Positions 1 through 11,548 of a stretch of 64,000 nt of DNA are shown here, piece by piece (positions within the stretch are counted from its first letter, which is position 1; each line of letters begins with the position of its first letter). The translations under genes and the position numbers were made by a program. This stretch comes from Nemertoderma westbladi (lineage: Eukaryota; Animalia; Xenacoelomorpha): positions 100,161 through 164,160 of the forward strand of contig JAUCBJ010006805.1 of assembly GCA_032718475.1 (NCBI GenBank), read 5' to 3'. The notes beneath the pieces are model-generated. The model was not told the DNA's origin and ran no database searches. It saw only the letters and a program-made list of their open reading frames with translations.

Positions 1-2100
1 CCACTCTGTTTCCTAAAGGAATGCCTGTTCACCACCACCACCATGGTTGATCTTCCACAGTAAACCCTTCCACTCTGTTTCCAAAAGTAATGCCTGTTCA
101 ACACCATGGGTGATCTTCCACAGTAAACCCTTCCACTCTGTTTCCTAAAGGAATGCCTGTTCACCACCAAGGGTGATCTTCCACAGTAAACCCTTCCACT
201 CAGTTTCCTAAAGGAATGCCTGTTCACCACTGTGGGTGATCTTCCACAGTAAACCCATCCACTCTGTTTCCTAAAGGAATGCCTGTTCACCACCATGGGT
301 GATCTTCCACAGTAAACCCTTCCACTCAGTTTCCTAAAGGAATGCCTGTTCACCACCATGGGTGATCTTCCACAGTAAACCCTTCCAATCTGTTTCCTTA
401 AGGAATGCCTGTTCACCACCAAAGGTGATCTTCCACAGTAAATCCTTCCACTCTGTTTCCTAAAGGAATGCCTTTTCCTCACCATGGATGATCTTCCACA
501 ATAAACCCTTCCACTCTGTTTCCTAAAGGAATGCTTGTTCACCACCATGGGTGATCTTCCACAATAAACCCTTCCACTTTGTTTCCTAAAGGAATGCCTG
601 TTCACCACCATGGGTGATCTTCCACAGTAAATCCGCCCAATCTGTTTCCTCAAGGAATGTCTGTTCACCACCATGGGTGATCTTCCACAGTAAACCCTTC
701 CACTCCGTTTCCTAAAGGATGCCTGTTCACCACCATGGGTGATCTTCCACAGTAAACACTTCCACTCCGTTTCCTAAAGGATGCCTGTTCACCACCATGG
801 GTGATCTACCACACTAAACCCTTCCACTCTGTTTCCTAAAGGAATGCCTGTTCAACACCATGGGTGGTCTTCCACAGTAAACCCTTCCACTCTGTTTTCT
901 AAAGGAATGCCTGTTCACCACCATGGGTGATCTTCCACAGTAAACCCTTCCACTCTGTTTCCCAAAGTAATGCCTGTTCAACACCCTGGGTGATCTTCCA
1001 CAGTAAACCCTTCCACTCTGTTTCATAAGGGAATGCCTGTTCACCACCAAGGGTGATCTTTCACAGTAAATCCTTCCACTCTGTTTCCTAAAGGAATGCC
1101 TGTTCACCACCAAGAGTGATCTTCCACAGTAAACCCTTCCACTCAGTTTCCTAAAGGAATGCCTGTTCACCACCGTGGGTGATCTTCCACAGTAAACCCT
1201 TCCACTCGGTTTCCTAAAGGAATGCCTGTTCACCACCATGGGTGATCTTCCACAGTAAACCCTTCCACTCTGTTTCCTAAAGGAATGCCTGTTCAACACC
1301 ATGGATGATCTTCCACAGTAAACCCTTCCACTCTGTTTCCTAAAGGAATGCCTGTTCACCACCATGGGTGATCTTCCACAGTAAACCCTTCCACTCTGTT
1401 TTCTAAAGGAATGCCTGTTCACCACCATGGGTGATCTTTCACAGTAAACCCTTCCACTCTGTTTCCCAAAGTAATGCCTGTTCAACACCATGGGTGATCT
1501 TCCACAGTAAACCCTTCCACTCTGTTTCATAAAGGAATGCCTGTTCACCACCAAGGGTGATCTTTCACAGTAAATCCTTCCACTCTGTTTCCTAAAGGAA
1601 TGCCTGTTCACCACCAAGAGTGATCTTCCACAGTAAACCCTTCCACTCAGTTTCCTAAAGGAATGCCTGTTCACCACCGTGGGTGATCTTCCACAGTAAA
1701 CCCTTCCACTCGGTTTCCTAAAGGAATGCCTGTTCACCACAATGGGTGATCTTCCACAGTAAACCCTTCCACTCTGTTTCCTAAAGGAATGCCTGTTCAA
1801 CACCATGGATGATCTTCCACAGTAAACCCTTCCACTCTGTTTCCTAAAGGAATGCCTGTTCACCACCATGGGTGATCTTCCACAGTAAACCCTTCCACTC
1901 TGTTTCCTAAAAGAATGCCTGATCCCCACCAAGGGTGATCTTTCACAGTAAACCCTTCCACTCCGTTTCCTAAAGGACTGCCTGTTCACCACCATGGGTG
2001 ATCTTCCACAGTAAACCCTTCCACTCTGTTTCCTAAAGGAATGCCTGTTCACCACCATGGGTAATCTTTCACAGTAAACCCTTCCACTCTGATTCCCTAG
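1..2100. repeat. 63-bp tandem satellite (~33 copies, runs off the window start) with an 8-unit (504-bp) higher-order repeat
   Basis: Unit ccactctgtttcctaaaggaatgcctgttcaccaccatgggtgatcttccacagtaaaccctt. The variant cccaaagtaa occurs at 961 and 1465, 504 bp apart. The 437-aa ORF is just the 21-aa translation of the unit. Confidence 0.95.
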
Positions 2101-2265
2101 TTGCATTGGTTCCCATTTATCGATCACTGAAGGATGAAAGCCAGGTTTGGGCTAGGCTGCTGCATTTAAAGCACTGTGCCCAAACAGTGCTGCCCCATCT
2201 ATGGATCGAACCAAGGCTTCCCAATAGGAAGCCCTGGAATGTCACCACTGGATCTAGCTGCTGCT
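2100..2265 (-). mobile_element. tRNA-derived SINE head whose 3' part runs into the 63-bp satellite
   Basis: Minus strand: A-box-like gctagatccagtgg, B box ggttcgatcc, then ctttcatccttcagtgatcgataaatgggaacca, which resembles the central domain of the other two SINEs here. Confidence 0.6.
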
Positions 2266-2574
2266 AAATTGTGTAATATAATAATTTCCTGGAAGGAAAA
2301 TAAATATAATTAATTTACCACTCCGCATTAGGCTGAGGGGTGAATAAGATGAACTTTAACAATAATATGTTATTATTTAACGGTATTTTTATGTACTAAC
2401 GATGATAGATTTTACAAAAAGTTAGGAATCTGCAGTAATGTTTGTAGTCGATCCAAGCTGTAGCTCCAAGCACTGAGTTCTTGTACGTAAAATTATTATT
2501 AACAAAAATAATAAACTTATAACTTATAAACTTATAAACTTATAATAAACATATAATTAGAAAGAATTTAAAAT

Positions 2575-2866
2575 GTTTTTTGGAACAAGCAAGCAATCAA
2601 ACAGTCGGCCGAAGCCGGAGGCGACCCGAAGGCTCCTCTTACGATATCTGCTAACCGAGGGTAGTGGTGGGCGCTACTCCTATCTGCTACCAGAGAGTAG
2701 TAGTAGGGGTGGGCGCTACTCATGTCCCAAGATTTGCTTCCAGTAATTAAACTGGTCCTCATTTTATCGACACCAGTGGATGAAACGCGGAGTTATCCTT
2801 GGCAGGGCTCGAACCTACAACCAATAGATTGTAGGCCGGGCGCTCAACCAACTGATCTACCCCGCC
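2575..2866 (-). mobile_element. tRNA-derived SINE
   Basis: Minus strand ggcggggtagatcagttgg...ggttcgagccc (A/B boxes), central tttcatccactggtgtcgataaaatgaggacca, 3' gaggagccttcgggtc...ggcttcgg shared with the copy at 53816. Confidence 0.8.
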
Positions 2867-3011
2867 TACATTCTTTTAAGAACTAAGTGTTCACATTAAC
2901 ATTTACTTTATAGTAAGCAGATAAATTTTAACGGAATTTCACATTGTATTAAATTTACAAAGAACGATAATTCTTTCAATCTGTGAACTTTTACATATTT
3001 GGAATCCTATT

Positions 3012-3180
3012 AAAATAGTTTCAAATTTAGATACCAATTAATTAAGGTGACAGAAAAAATCTACGTTTACTGAGTATTATTTCGGCTAACAGGCCTTTAT
3101 CAAACTCAATTCAAAATATTTCAAATAACAGATTTTTTCTGTCACCTTAATTGGTATTTGAATCTGAAACTAGTTTAATA
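3012..3180. repeat. Small foldback/MITE-like inverted repeat
   Basis: gtttcaaatttagataccaatt..aaggtgacagaaaaaatct (3018-3062) is the inverse of agattttttctgtcaccttaattggtatttgaatctgaaac (3130-3170). Confidence 0.6.
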
Positions 3181-5013
3181 TGATTTTAACACGGTGACAA
3201 TGGCATGATCTGAGTTTAAATTATACTTGAAATCCTTGCAAGGCAAACTTTCTAATTATATAATAAAATCATGACTAATATGAATAATGGTGGCGATACG
3301 AAGGATGTATTTCGCAAAAGATACTTTTTTAAAACGCTTATAAAAAAATTTACAGGTAAAATCGAAAATTCAAACCTCACCAAACGGTGAGTTGAACTAG
3401 TTGTGTTTCAAAATTTAAGCAACATGACAAAGATTTGTTGTTTCTTACTTGCTTTTCTTCTCGAAAACAATAACTATTTAAGTGGTGGCAAGAAAAGTAG
3501 GCCTTCTTTTTTTAAAATGTTACCTTTTTCCACCACTTACGTCGTTTTATTTGTTGTAAGTCTTCTCATTTTTATCTGGGCCTAATAGCGCAATCACGAT
3601 GCTTTTAAATTACAACATCAGATCCATTAGAGAAATCGTTACGCGTTCCCTAGTTAGTCTACAAAGAAGAGCAGACCAGTCAACCACTAAAGTAGTTTAA
3701 ATGATTCGTGCTGTTTGTCGTCCCGTTTCTACAATTATTGCTACTTTTAATAGAATGAGTCGTGCCTAAAGTTAATTGTATTTTTAGCCTATTGCAACTG
3801 CTTTTATATTCATTTTTATTTATTTTATTTAAATTCAATTTAATCATATTTTTATACTTATTTTGGTGCTTTAAATTAGATACTCTATTTGTTTTATTTT
3901 TTTGATATGGCATTTTTAGCTGCAATAAAAAATAATCATTTTAGCATTTTAGCTTCTGCCGAGTGAAATACGGGCATTTCTAGATCCTGGGTATCCATAA
4001 GGTTGACAAAATATAAAAAGGCTTTTATCATGCGGTTTTTTTCTAGAACAAATATTTGACCTTCTGACAGTAGTATGTATCTTTTTTTTTTTTTTATCAA
4101 AAACTGTTCTAGAAAAAAAATGTGTTCTAGAACAGAAATATTTATCAAAATTGAAAACTAACACTTGTTCTAACAATTATTATAAAATTTGAAAAAACTA
4201 GCTAGAATTAGAAAATACCCATTTAATCTATTATCTGTTTAAATGCAATATTAGTATTAATGTCATGGAAACATTACTTTTTGTGTTGACAGAAAAAGTG
4301 TTCTTTTTATGTCAAACTTCTTAACGACTAAAACTAAAATAAAAACTAAAAAAGTGACTTGCAACAAATAAAAATAATTTCCAATATTATTGAATTTATC
4401 TTTGGCTAAATGATAATAGAACTGAGTTTATAGTTTTAATAAAAATTAACTGTTAGTTTTAAATGCCAAGAATCTTTTTGTATTCAATTCTTAGCTGGAA
4501 AATGGACCAATTAGAATAAGATCTGAACTTTCTTTCCACCAAATGGCTTCTCCCCTTGCCCTGCCATACAGAAGGAAATAAAATTCAAATGCACTAACTA
4601 CTGTAGGCCTAGTATTGAAAGCATGTGTGCGATCTGGGTTCTTACTGTAAAGTAGGTTTAAATTATATTAAAAGTTGTCCCTACTTTATATTATATAGAC
4701 CATAATTAATAAATTTCGCAGCGGGAAGGTAAATTGTTGTCGTGAACACTTGGACAGCCTGTTGAGACAATCTATTAAATTGGAATAGGAGCCCTATGGT
4801 GAGCACTCCGCTGCGCTGTCTAATTACACATAATGCCAGCCCGCCACAGGACCAGGGTAGTCAATATGAAGCTAAATTGAATGAGTCAGTTCGTAAAAAT
4901 TTGTCAATCCATAATGTCTTTGGTAGAAATTATAAAATGACCTGAATGACCTGAATGAACTAATATATGTATAAAAACGAAATTGATATGATATGAAACA
5001 AGGACGCCTTTAA

Positions 5014-7163
5014 CCCCATTAAACCCCCCCTGGGGGGGGGGGGGGGGGTGGGGGGGGGGGGGTTTAATATGATCCCTCGTGGTTTTTTGGTTATAATTCT
5101 GAAACAAACGCAGTTGGGAATCTGAAATTTTTTGACTTTTCCTAAACATCTATTGTCTTCCTCGTAGTGAAAACGGTTTTCAAAAATATTGGGTAGTTTT
5201 CGAGTTATAGCACCATTTTTTAACCCTACTTTTGGCACTTCCTTTGAGACGTTTTTTGGAATTTTCATTTCATTAAATATGATTTGTAACATCTCTATTT
5301 TTGATTTACACCGGTTTTTTGGTGTTAGCAATTGGATGGAATTCATATAAATTGATTTAGAAATTTCAAACTTGTTTTTTTTCGGCGGGTGCCAAATTTT
5401 GGTGCCAGCACCAAATTTTGAAATATGTCAATTTTGTAAATTGATTGTTTGAAACTTTTTTTTACGCAATTGGGGTTTTTTGGGGTTCTGGTTTCGTTGG
5501 AATATATACGAGTTGCATCAAGCGTATCAAAATGGATTTTTTCGGTGCTGAGTGCAAATTTTGGTGCTAGCACGAAATTTTGAAAATCCATTCAATAGAT
5601 ATACTGTAATTGCTTGTGACAATTTATTTATTGCGTTTTAGAGGTTTATGGCTGTTCTGAATTCAATGGAATATATAATTATCGAACTAGACACCTCAAA
5701 CTTGTATTTTTCGGAAGTGAGTGCAAAATGTTGTGCTAGCACCAAATTTTGAAAACCATCAAATATAATCAATTGATTATGTCACCTTGTTTCTTGCGTT
5801 ATACGGGTTTGTGAGGGTTTTAAATTCAATGGAATAACTAAAAATTGCATGAGTTTTCAAACTCGTATTTTTCGCCAGTGGATGAAAATTGTGCCAGCAC
5901 CAAATTTTTGAAAATAAGCGAATTGTTCAATATGTAATTTTACTAGTCTGAATCCGACCGAAAAAATAATTTCGAAAAAATGTACTTAATTGTAAATGTA
6001 AAATTGCAGCACCAAAAACTACAAGTAGTGAACAATTTTCATAAAATTTGAAAGTTACAATTTTCGGCTAATTGTTATTCAATACAGGTTTTCTGGGGCG
6101 CAAAATCCATTGGAAAATATTTAAAAATGATCTGATTATTATAAATGACTGTTTTAGTCCTCTACGTACGCAAAAAAAGACAAAAACAAGTAACCAGCAC
6201 TTTTCATTTTTAACACAACATTTTTAATTCACTAATACGATCCTATAAATTCACATTTTTAGGTTTTCTGGGGCGCTGATTCTAATTGAATACATTTCTA
6301 ATTTGCCAGATCATTGCTACACGTATTTTTCGGCGTAATATGGCAAATTTTGGTGCTAGCACCAAATTTCATACCCATCACAAAAAAGTACAAGTTTGAG
6401 TTGTCCAGTGCTGTTTTTATTGATTCCATCGGATTCAGGACCCTCATAAACCCGCACAACGCAAGAACAAGTTGATACTACAGTATCTCTATTGATCAAT
6501 TTGCTTATTTTCAAAAATTTTGTGCTGGCACAACAATTTTCACCCACCGGCGAAAAATACAAGTTTGAAAACTTGTAATGAAATTTTTACTTATTTAATT
6601 GAATTCAGAGCCCTCACAAACCCGTATAACGCAAGAAACAAGGTGACATATTCAATTGATATATTTGATGGTTTTCAAAATTTGGTGTAGGACCAAGTTT
6701 TGCACACAGCACCGAAAAATACAAGTTTGATACGCCTGGTATAACTCGTATATATTCCATCGAAACCAGAACCCCAATAAAGCTCTATTGCGCAAAAAAT
6801 AGGTTCAAACAATCAATTTACAAAATTAACATATTTCAAAATTTGGTGCTGGCCCACCCGCCAAAAAAAACAAGTTTGAAATTTCTAAATTAATTTATAT
6901 GAATTCATCTAATTGCAAACACGAAAATACCGGTGTAAATCAAAAATTGAGATGTTACAAATCATTTTTCATGAAATGTAATTTTCAAAACGTCGAAAAA
7001 AAGAGCCAAAAGTAGGTTTTCACTAATAGGAAGACAATAGATTTTTAGAAAAGTCATAAAATTTAAAATTCCCAACTGTGTTTGTTTAGAGTTATAACAA
7101 AAAACCACTGGGGGGGGGGGGGGGGGGGTCATATTGACCCCCCCCCCCCCGGGTTTAATAGGG
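5014..7163. mobile_element. Non-autonomous piggyBac-type foldback element
   Basis: TTAA at 5010-5013 and 7164-7167; CCC...GGG termini; imperfect TIRs of several hundred bp with poly-G/C tracts; internal tandem and inverted subrepeats (gcaccaaattttgaaa); no transposase ORF. Confidence 0.85.
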
Positions 7164-8168
7164 TTAAATTTTAATTTCACAGACACTTTTGATTTTACCA
7201 TCTATTTTGTTTTTGCTTATTATTTGACTTTCTGTGCTCTAAGATAGGGACTGTACTTTTATTGCTGGGGCCATTCTGCAATCCCTATCTGAAAATCATT
7301 TACGCCAAATGGTGGTCCACGTGGTGTGACAGGATAATTGACCCCTGTACTGTACAATTGCCCCACTAGGACAATGATTTTACGTGTATCTACAATCACC
7401 ATGGACCGAATAAAGAAATGAAACAGGTAAACGTACACTACCTACCGGTGGTGGTATTACATTATAAAGCGAATTATTGCATTAGCCGACTGTGTGGTAC
7501 TGTAGATAACAGTACTATCGACAGAAAATCTTGACAATCATCCTCTAACCTTTATCTATTTTTTTTAATGCAATTCGATTTATATTATAAAATATTTGAA
7601 AATTTACCAAAATACATTGCACTTATTTTATCCAGAAAATTTTTAAAAGCTGTACAATCAGTACTGCATACAGTAGGTCAGTAGTTATAAAGTACTCATC
7701 ATTTGTTACAATTTCGGAATAAAACTACTAAAACTACAAACTCGTTTCATTACTTGCAATAACTCACTGAGTTATTGCACACTACCAATAAGAGTCATTG
7801 GAAATGTAATCGATATGTTATATAATATAATAACTGCAGGATACTTTATTCTATCTACAAAATTATGTTTAGTAATTGTGTTAATCCTCTCAACCAATGT
7901 ACTGTATACCAAGCATACTTATAGTATGTGATAAATTCTTCAGGAAAAAAATCGATATCAACCACACCATTACATTATCACATTACTACACATTGCAAGA
8001 GCTACTGTATATAATATATATAGGCCTACTGTATTAGAGGATAATCAAATCATGTCATAATTTAGTCATCATAGCTATCAAAAGGAATTACAAGTTCCAA
8101 ATTGAAGGTTAATAATTATTTAGTGACTGTCTGTACCTATAATATTGTTAGGGCCTGTGCTGTCTAGA

Positions 8169-8398
8169 ATGCATTTAATCACCTTTCTTCTGGGAGTGGT
8201 CTGGGGTACCACTCTAGTGATGGTTTGGACGAGCACTCCAGTATATTGTATCTCTGGGTGCACACCGGAGATTTGGTTGTACCAGGACGATGACCAGTTA
8301 GGCCGATCCCAAGTGTACTCAACGACAACCAACACCTCGCAGTTGACATCTGATGAAATGAATGACATTGTCTCTTCCGTAAGAGTCGACTGTGGAAT
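8169..8398 (+). CDS. Signal peptide + beta/gamma-crystallin Greek-key exon (or start of a single-exon crystallin pseudogene running to ~8580)
   Basis: MHLITFLLGVVWG.. hydrophobic leader; IWLYQDDDQLG...MNDIVSSVRVDCG crystallin motif; GTGAGT donor at 8399 (phase 2). The read-through sequence also resembles broken crystallin (VLY/SEPEQIG...NDLVSGL). Confidence 0.6.
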
Positions 8399-9070
8399 GT
8401 GAGTATTATTATTATATCGGAACCTGAACAGATCGGAACTGAGATAGGCCTAGCACCCAGCCAGAGCCTATGCGGCATATACAGCACATATGGTTACTGG
8501 GAATGATCTGGTATCCGGTTTGGAACTAAAGTACTTTATAACTAACAACACCCAATCCTTCTCTGCTAGCATCTCCCCATAGAAGTCTATAGGGATCATT
8601 CCACCCTGGCTGGTTGGCACTACTGCTGGTCAGACAGCAATACAATCCCTATCTCATTCTGAATATCGTTTCTCAAACCTTTCACTAGTGATAGTTATCG
8701 GAGAATTTCGGGAGCTGCGGCTGTACGAAATATGTGACTTGGTGGGCGTGGGGGGTGGTAATTCATCTTTAGGACAGTGAGAGAGAGTCAGACTAATAAG
8801 ACAGGTTGCTTATTCATTCTTAGCGAGAGATTCAAAATTGTTTATTTTGCCTAATGATTGGCTTATTATTCATTAATTATTTCCTTGAGGCAATGACATG
8901 GTAAATATATATAGGCCTAATATATTTCAGTATCACTACTACATCGGCATCAGGTAAGTTTGAATATTTCCGACAAATTGGCTGGGTCGCCTTTAATCTC
9001 TTACTTACTGTATAAAACATAAATTCTTTGTATATCTCTGTTCTCCCATTCACTTCTTTGTTATCTTTTG

Positions 9071-9865
9071 CCATTAGTTGGACAGTGAAGTCACATTTAT
9101 CCATGTAGACGGTAAAAGCCCAGTCAGATCTTATTGACTGGTGATTACAAATAAAAGTCTAAATATCTAATGTTTATTATTAATAATTGAATTATAATTA
9201 TTTGTTATAATATTTGACATCGTACTGGTAAACTCAATTTGTCGCTATTATGTGGTTAATATCAAGTGGTGCACAATTTTCACAATATTTGAAAGTTACA
9301 TTTTTCGGCTAATTGTTTTTCAATACAGGTTTTCTGGGGCGCAAAATACATTGAAAAATATTTAAAAATGATATGATTACTATAAATGGCTGCTTAGTCC
9401 TCTCGGCGTTTAGCCCTCACAAACCCGTACAACGCAATAAACAAGGTGACACAACCACATTTTGCACCCACTTCCGAAAAATACAAGTTTGAGATTTCTA
9501 GTTCGATAATTATATATTCCATTGAATTCAGCAACAGCCATAAACCTCTAAAACGCAAGAAATAAATTGTCACAAGCAATTTTATGTATTGAATGGATTT
9601 TGGTGCAACTCGTATATATTTCATCGAAACCAGAACCCCAATTGCGTAAAAAACAAGTTTCAAACAATTTTCCATTAGTTGGACAGTGAAGTCACATTTA
9701 CCCATGTAGAGGGTAAAAGCCCGGTCAGATCTTATTGACTGGTGATTATTACAAATAAAAGTCTAAATATCTAATGTTTGTTGTTAATAATTGAATTATA
9801 ATTATTTGTTACAATATTTGACATCGTACTGTTAAACTCAATTTGTCGCTATTATTTGGTTAATA
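9071..9865. repeat. ~190-bp direct duplication (9071-9260, 9672-9865) enclosing a mosaic of pieces of the 5014-7163 MITE family
   Basis: ccattagttggacagtgaagtcacattta...tggttaatat occurs twice; the sequence between matches 6030-6160 and the inverse of 5460-5730. Confidence 0.7.
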
Positions 9866-10318
9866 TAATATCGCCTATATTCAAATCAAATTCAAATACA
9901 TTTTACACATGTTAAAACCATGTAGGTCTATATAGCTAAGCATTATTGATAACCTGGACAATCGTGTCAGATTTACGTGTGCTGTCTTACCTCTAACTTA
10001 ATAAATAATTAATATATGGCGATATTTCAGACCCTCATTGCAAGCTCTAATAATAATATATAATATAATAGCGATAATAATATAAACAGATATAGACTTG
10101 CCACAATGCGTTTCCCCAAAAGGGAAACACAATCACCAGACTTGAGCCCTTACATAAATAATTAGTCATAATAATAAATATATAATAAACAAATAAATAA
10201 TTTGCTTGTTGTATTGTGTTGCCACACCCTCCCGGTACTGTATACTAGTGAAATATAATAGATGATCAATTACCGTAATAGACTGAGCGAAACATTGAGC
10301 AATTCAACGCAATCGTGG

Positions 10319-11534
10319 TGTAAAAGCTTTTGTGGGATAACTGATTCGTTTGCCTTGTTGGCCAGTTCCCCCCCAGTCGCTAAGAATACTCTCAAAGTGA
10401 TCTACAGCTAAAAATAGTGCAAGTTACCAGCTTATTGGCTGATTTGCTGTACGCAGGCATCTGGGCTCTGTTTAATCGGCCAACAAGCCTAGGGAGGTTG
10501 CGTCATAGCCTTGTTTTTGTATCTCCCAATAGAATTTTGAGTTAGCCTTGATTTGACCTATCACAGAGTACTGAACTGAAAATTTCCTATCTCACTGCTC
10601 TTTCTCTGTGTTGAACGGGAGCTTCGTGGAATAAGAGTGGTTGGTATACTCGTATAGAGCAGTAGTCACGAGTTTTTCAAAGCCACGAAAGAACGGCTTT
10701 TTAGTGTTTTGTGCTTTCTGCTTTTTAGCTCAACACTAGTAGGTTTAATTACAAGGACATATATCCTTTAACTGACGAAACAAACACTCTGCAATTTCGT
10801 AATCACTGCATACTGCAGTACTGCATACACTGCATACTGTGTAACACTGTGCATACTTTTATATTGTTATACTGCTATTTACTGTCAGTTCTTCATAATA
10901 TGGTTGATGAATTATTATATTTGGAATAACGAGAAATAACCCCGAAACCCAATATTCTTGATATACCGAAGGTAAGAGAGAAAGGTTACAGATAAACGAT
11001 TGTGACTTATGTTAAAGTGGTTTGAAGTGAATCTAATGTTATTTGATAGACCCTACATGAGTCAGTCTGTGTTCCTTTTATATGTGACTAAAATCAGTGA
11101 AGATCGGCAGATTAGTGTGCAGTATTGTGCAGCATTGTGTATGAGTGAGTCTGTTAAAGAAGCATTCCTAAAGAATGCGCCATATATGTGAATTATAATT
11201 AAGCCATATCGTTGTGAGTAGTTTAAGTCATAACTCTGTTTATGTAGATAAAGCGCCACGTCCTAAAGGAACTGTTAATATTCCCGAAGGTAAATAATAT
11301 TGTCAGAGATTATATAATACTGTCAGTCGAATAATACATTAGGCTTACATAGCAACAAAATTAAACCGTCGAACCCAATCTCCCGGGAATATCCAGCGGG
11401 TGAATGGTCGCGCACGGATTGGTTTCGACTAGTGTAGTGAATCAAATACTTGTCATAGGCTAAAAAGCGATTTAATATCTAGAAGACATCTTAATTTGGC
11501 GGGTTAAACTGCCAAAGGTCTGAAAGCGCGAACA
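10319..11534 (+). repeat. 5' LTR of element A
   Basis: tgtaaaagcttt...gcgcgaaca; direct repeat of 21459-22674. Confidence 0.95.
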
Positions 11535-11548
11535 TTAAAGGATATATG
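11535..11548 (+). promoter_or_regulatory. Non-tRNA primer-binding site of A, complementary to LTR 10758-10771
   Basis: ttaaaggatatatg is the exact reverse complement of catatatcctttaa; there is no TGG start. Confidence 0.7.

Noticed and set aside
814-2127. 437-aa repeat protein
   Set aside because: It results from a stop-free 63-bp unit; units upstream carry indels and stops, and there is no unique coding sequence.
2790-2866. Genuine tRNA gene (also 53816 and 52640)
   Set aside because: Cloverleaf incomplete, and each continues into a SINE or retrozyme body.
10772-10790. ctgacgaaa directly after the putative primer as a hammerhead core
   Set aside because: No stem II or III, and the motif is absent at the homologous site in B.
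11009-11259. Short ORFs in the LTRs (repeated at 22149-22399, 34809 and 41353)
   Set aside because: Chance frames duplicated with the LTRs; no recognisable motifs.
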